Source: the human T2T-CHM13v2.0 reference genome, Homo sapiens. From it: a DNA stretch of 64,000 nucleotides. A program made the translations under genes and the position numbers. The stretch lies in NCBI RefSeq assembly GCF_009914755.1, contig NC_060937.1; one strand, written 5' to 3'. The notes beneath the pieces are model-generated. The model saw only the letters and a list, made by a program, of their open reading frames with translations. It was not told where the DNA came from and did not search any database. The first letter of the stretch is position 1. Every line of letters begins with the position of its first letter. This document shows, one piece after another, positions 63,388-64,000 of this stretch.

Positions 63388-64000
<613 letters not shown>

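Overview
This is primate (most likely human or ape) nuclear DNA, AT-rich and intronic or intergenic. I found no recognisable protein-coding exon, RNA gene or CpG island. About 40 Alu/FLAM elements make up roughly a fifth of the window. It also holds L1 fragments (including a twin-primed L1PA with a 5' inversion), ancient L2/MIR remnants, MaLR/ERV solo LTRs and several DNA-transposon fossils: a near full-length Cheshire/Charlie hAT with a readable dead transposase, MER1A, Tigger3, Tigger4/MER46, MER2, MER5 and MER81. Nearly all ORFs in the track are Alu, L1, LTR or low-complexity artefacts. The items worth a second look are: a 46-nt orphan retro-insertion with ATTAAA, an A-tail and a perfect 16-bp target-site duplication (TSD); several perfect hairpins that look like template-switch scars, including a 71-nt pre-miRNA-sized one; repeated Alu insertion into one target site; repeat-free homeodomain/PBX-HOX motif clusters; and candidate splice-site pairs suggesting an unidentified, probably non-coding transcript. 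I cannot support a novel biological system here. Family and subfamily names come from remembered consensus sequences, and the boundaries of old repeats are approximate.
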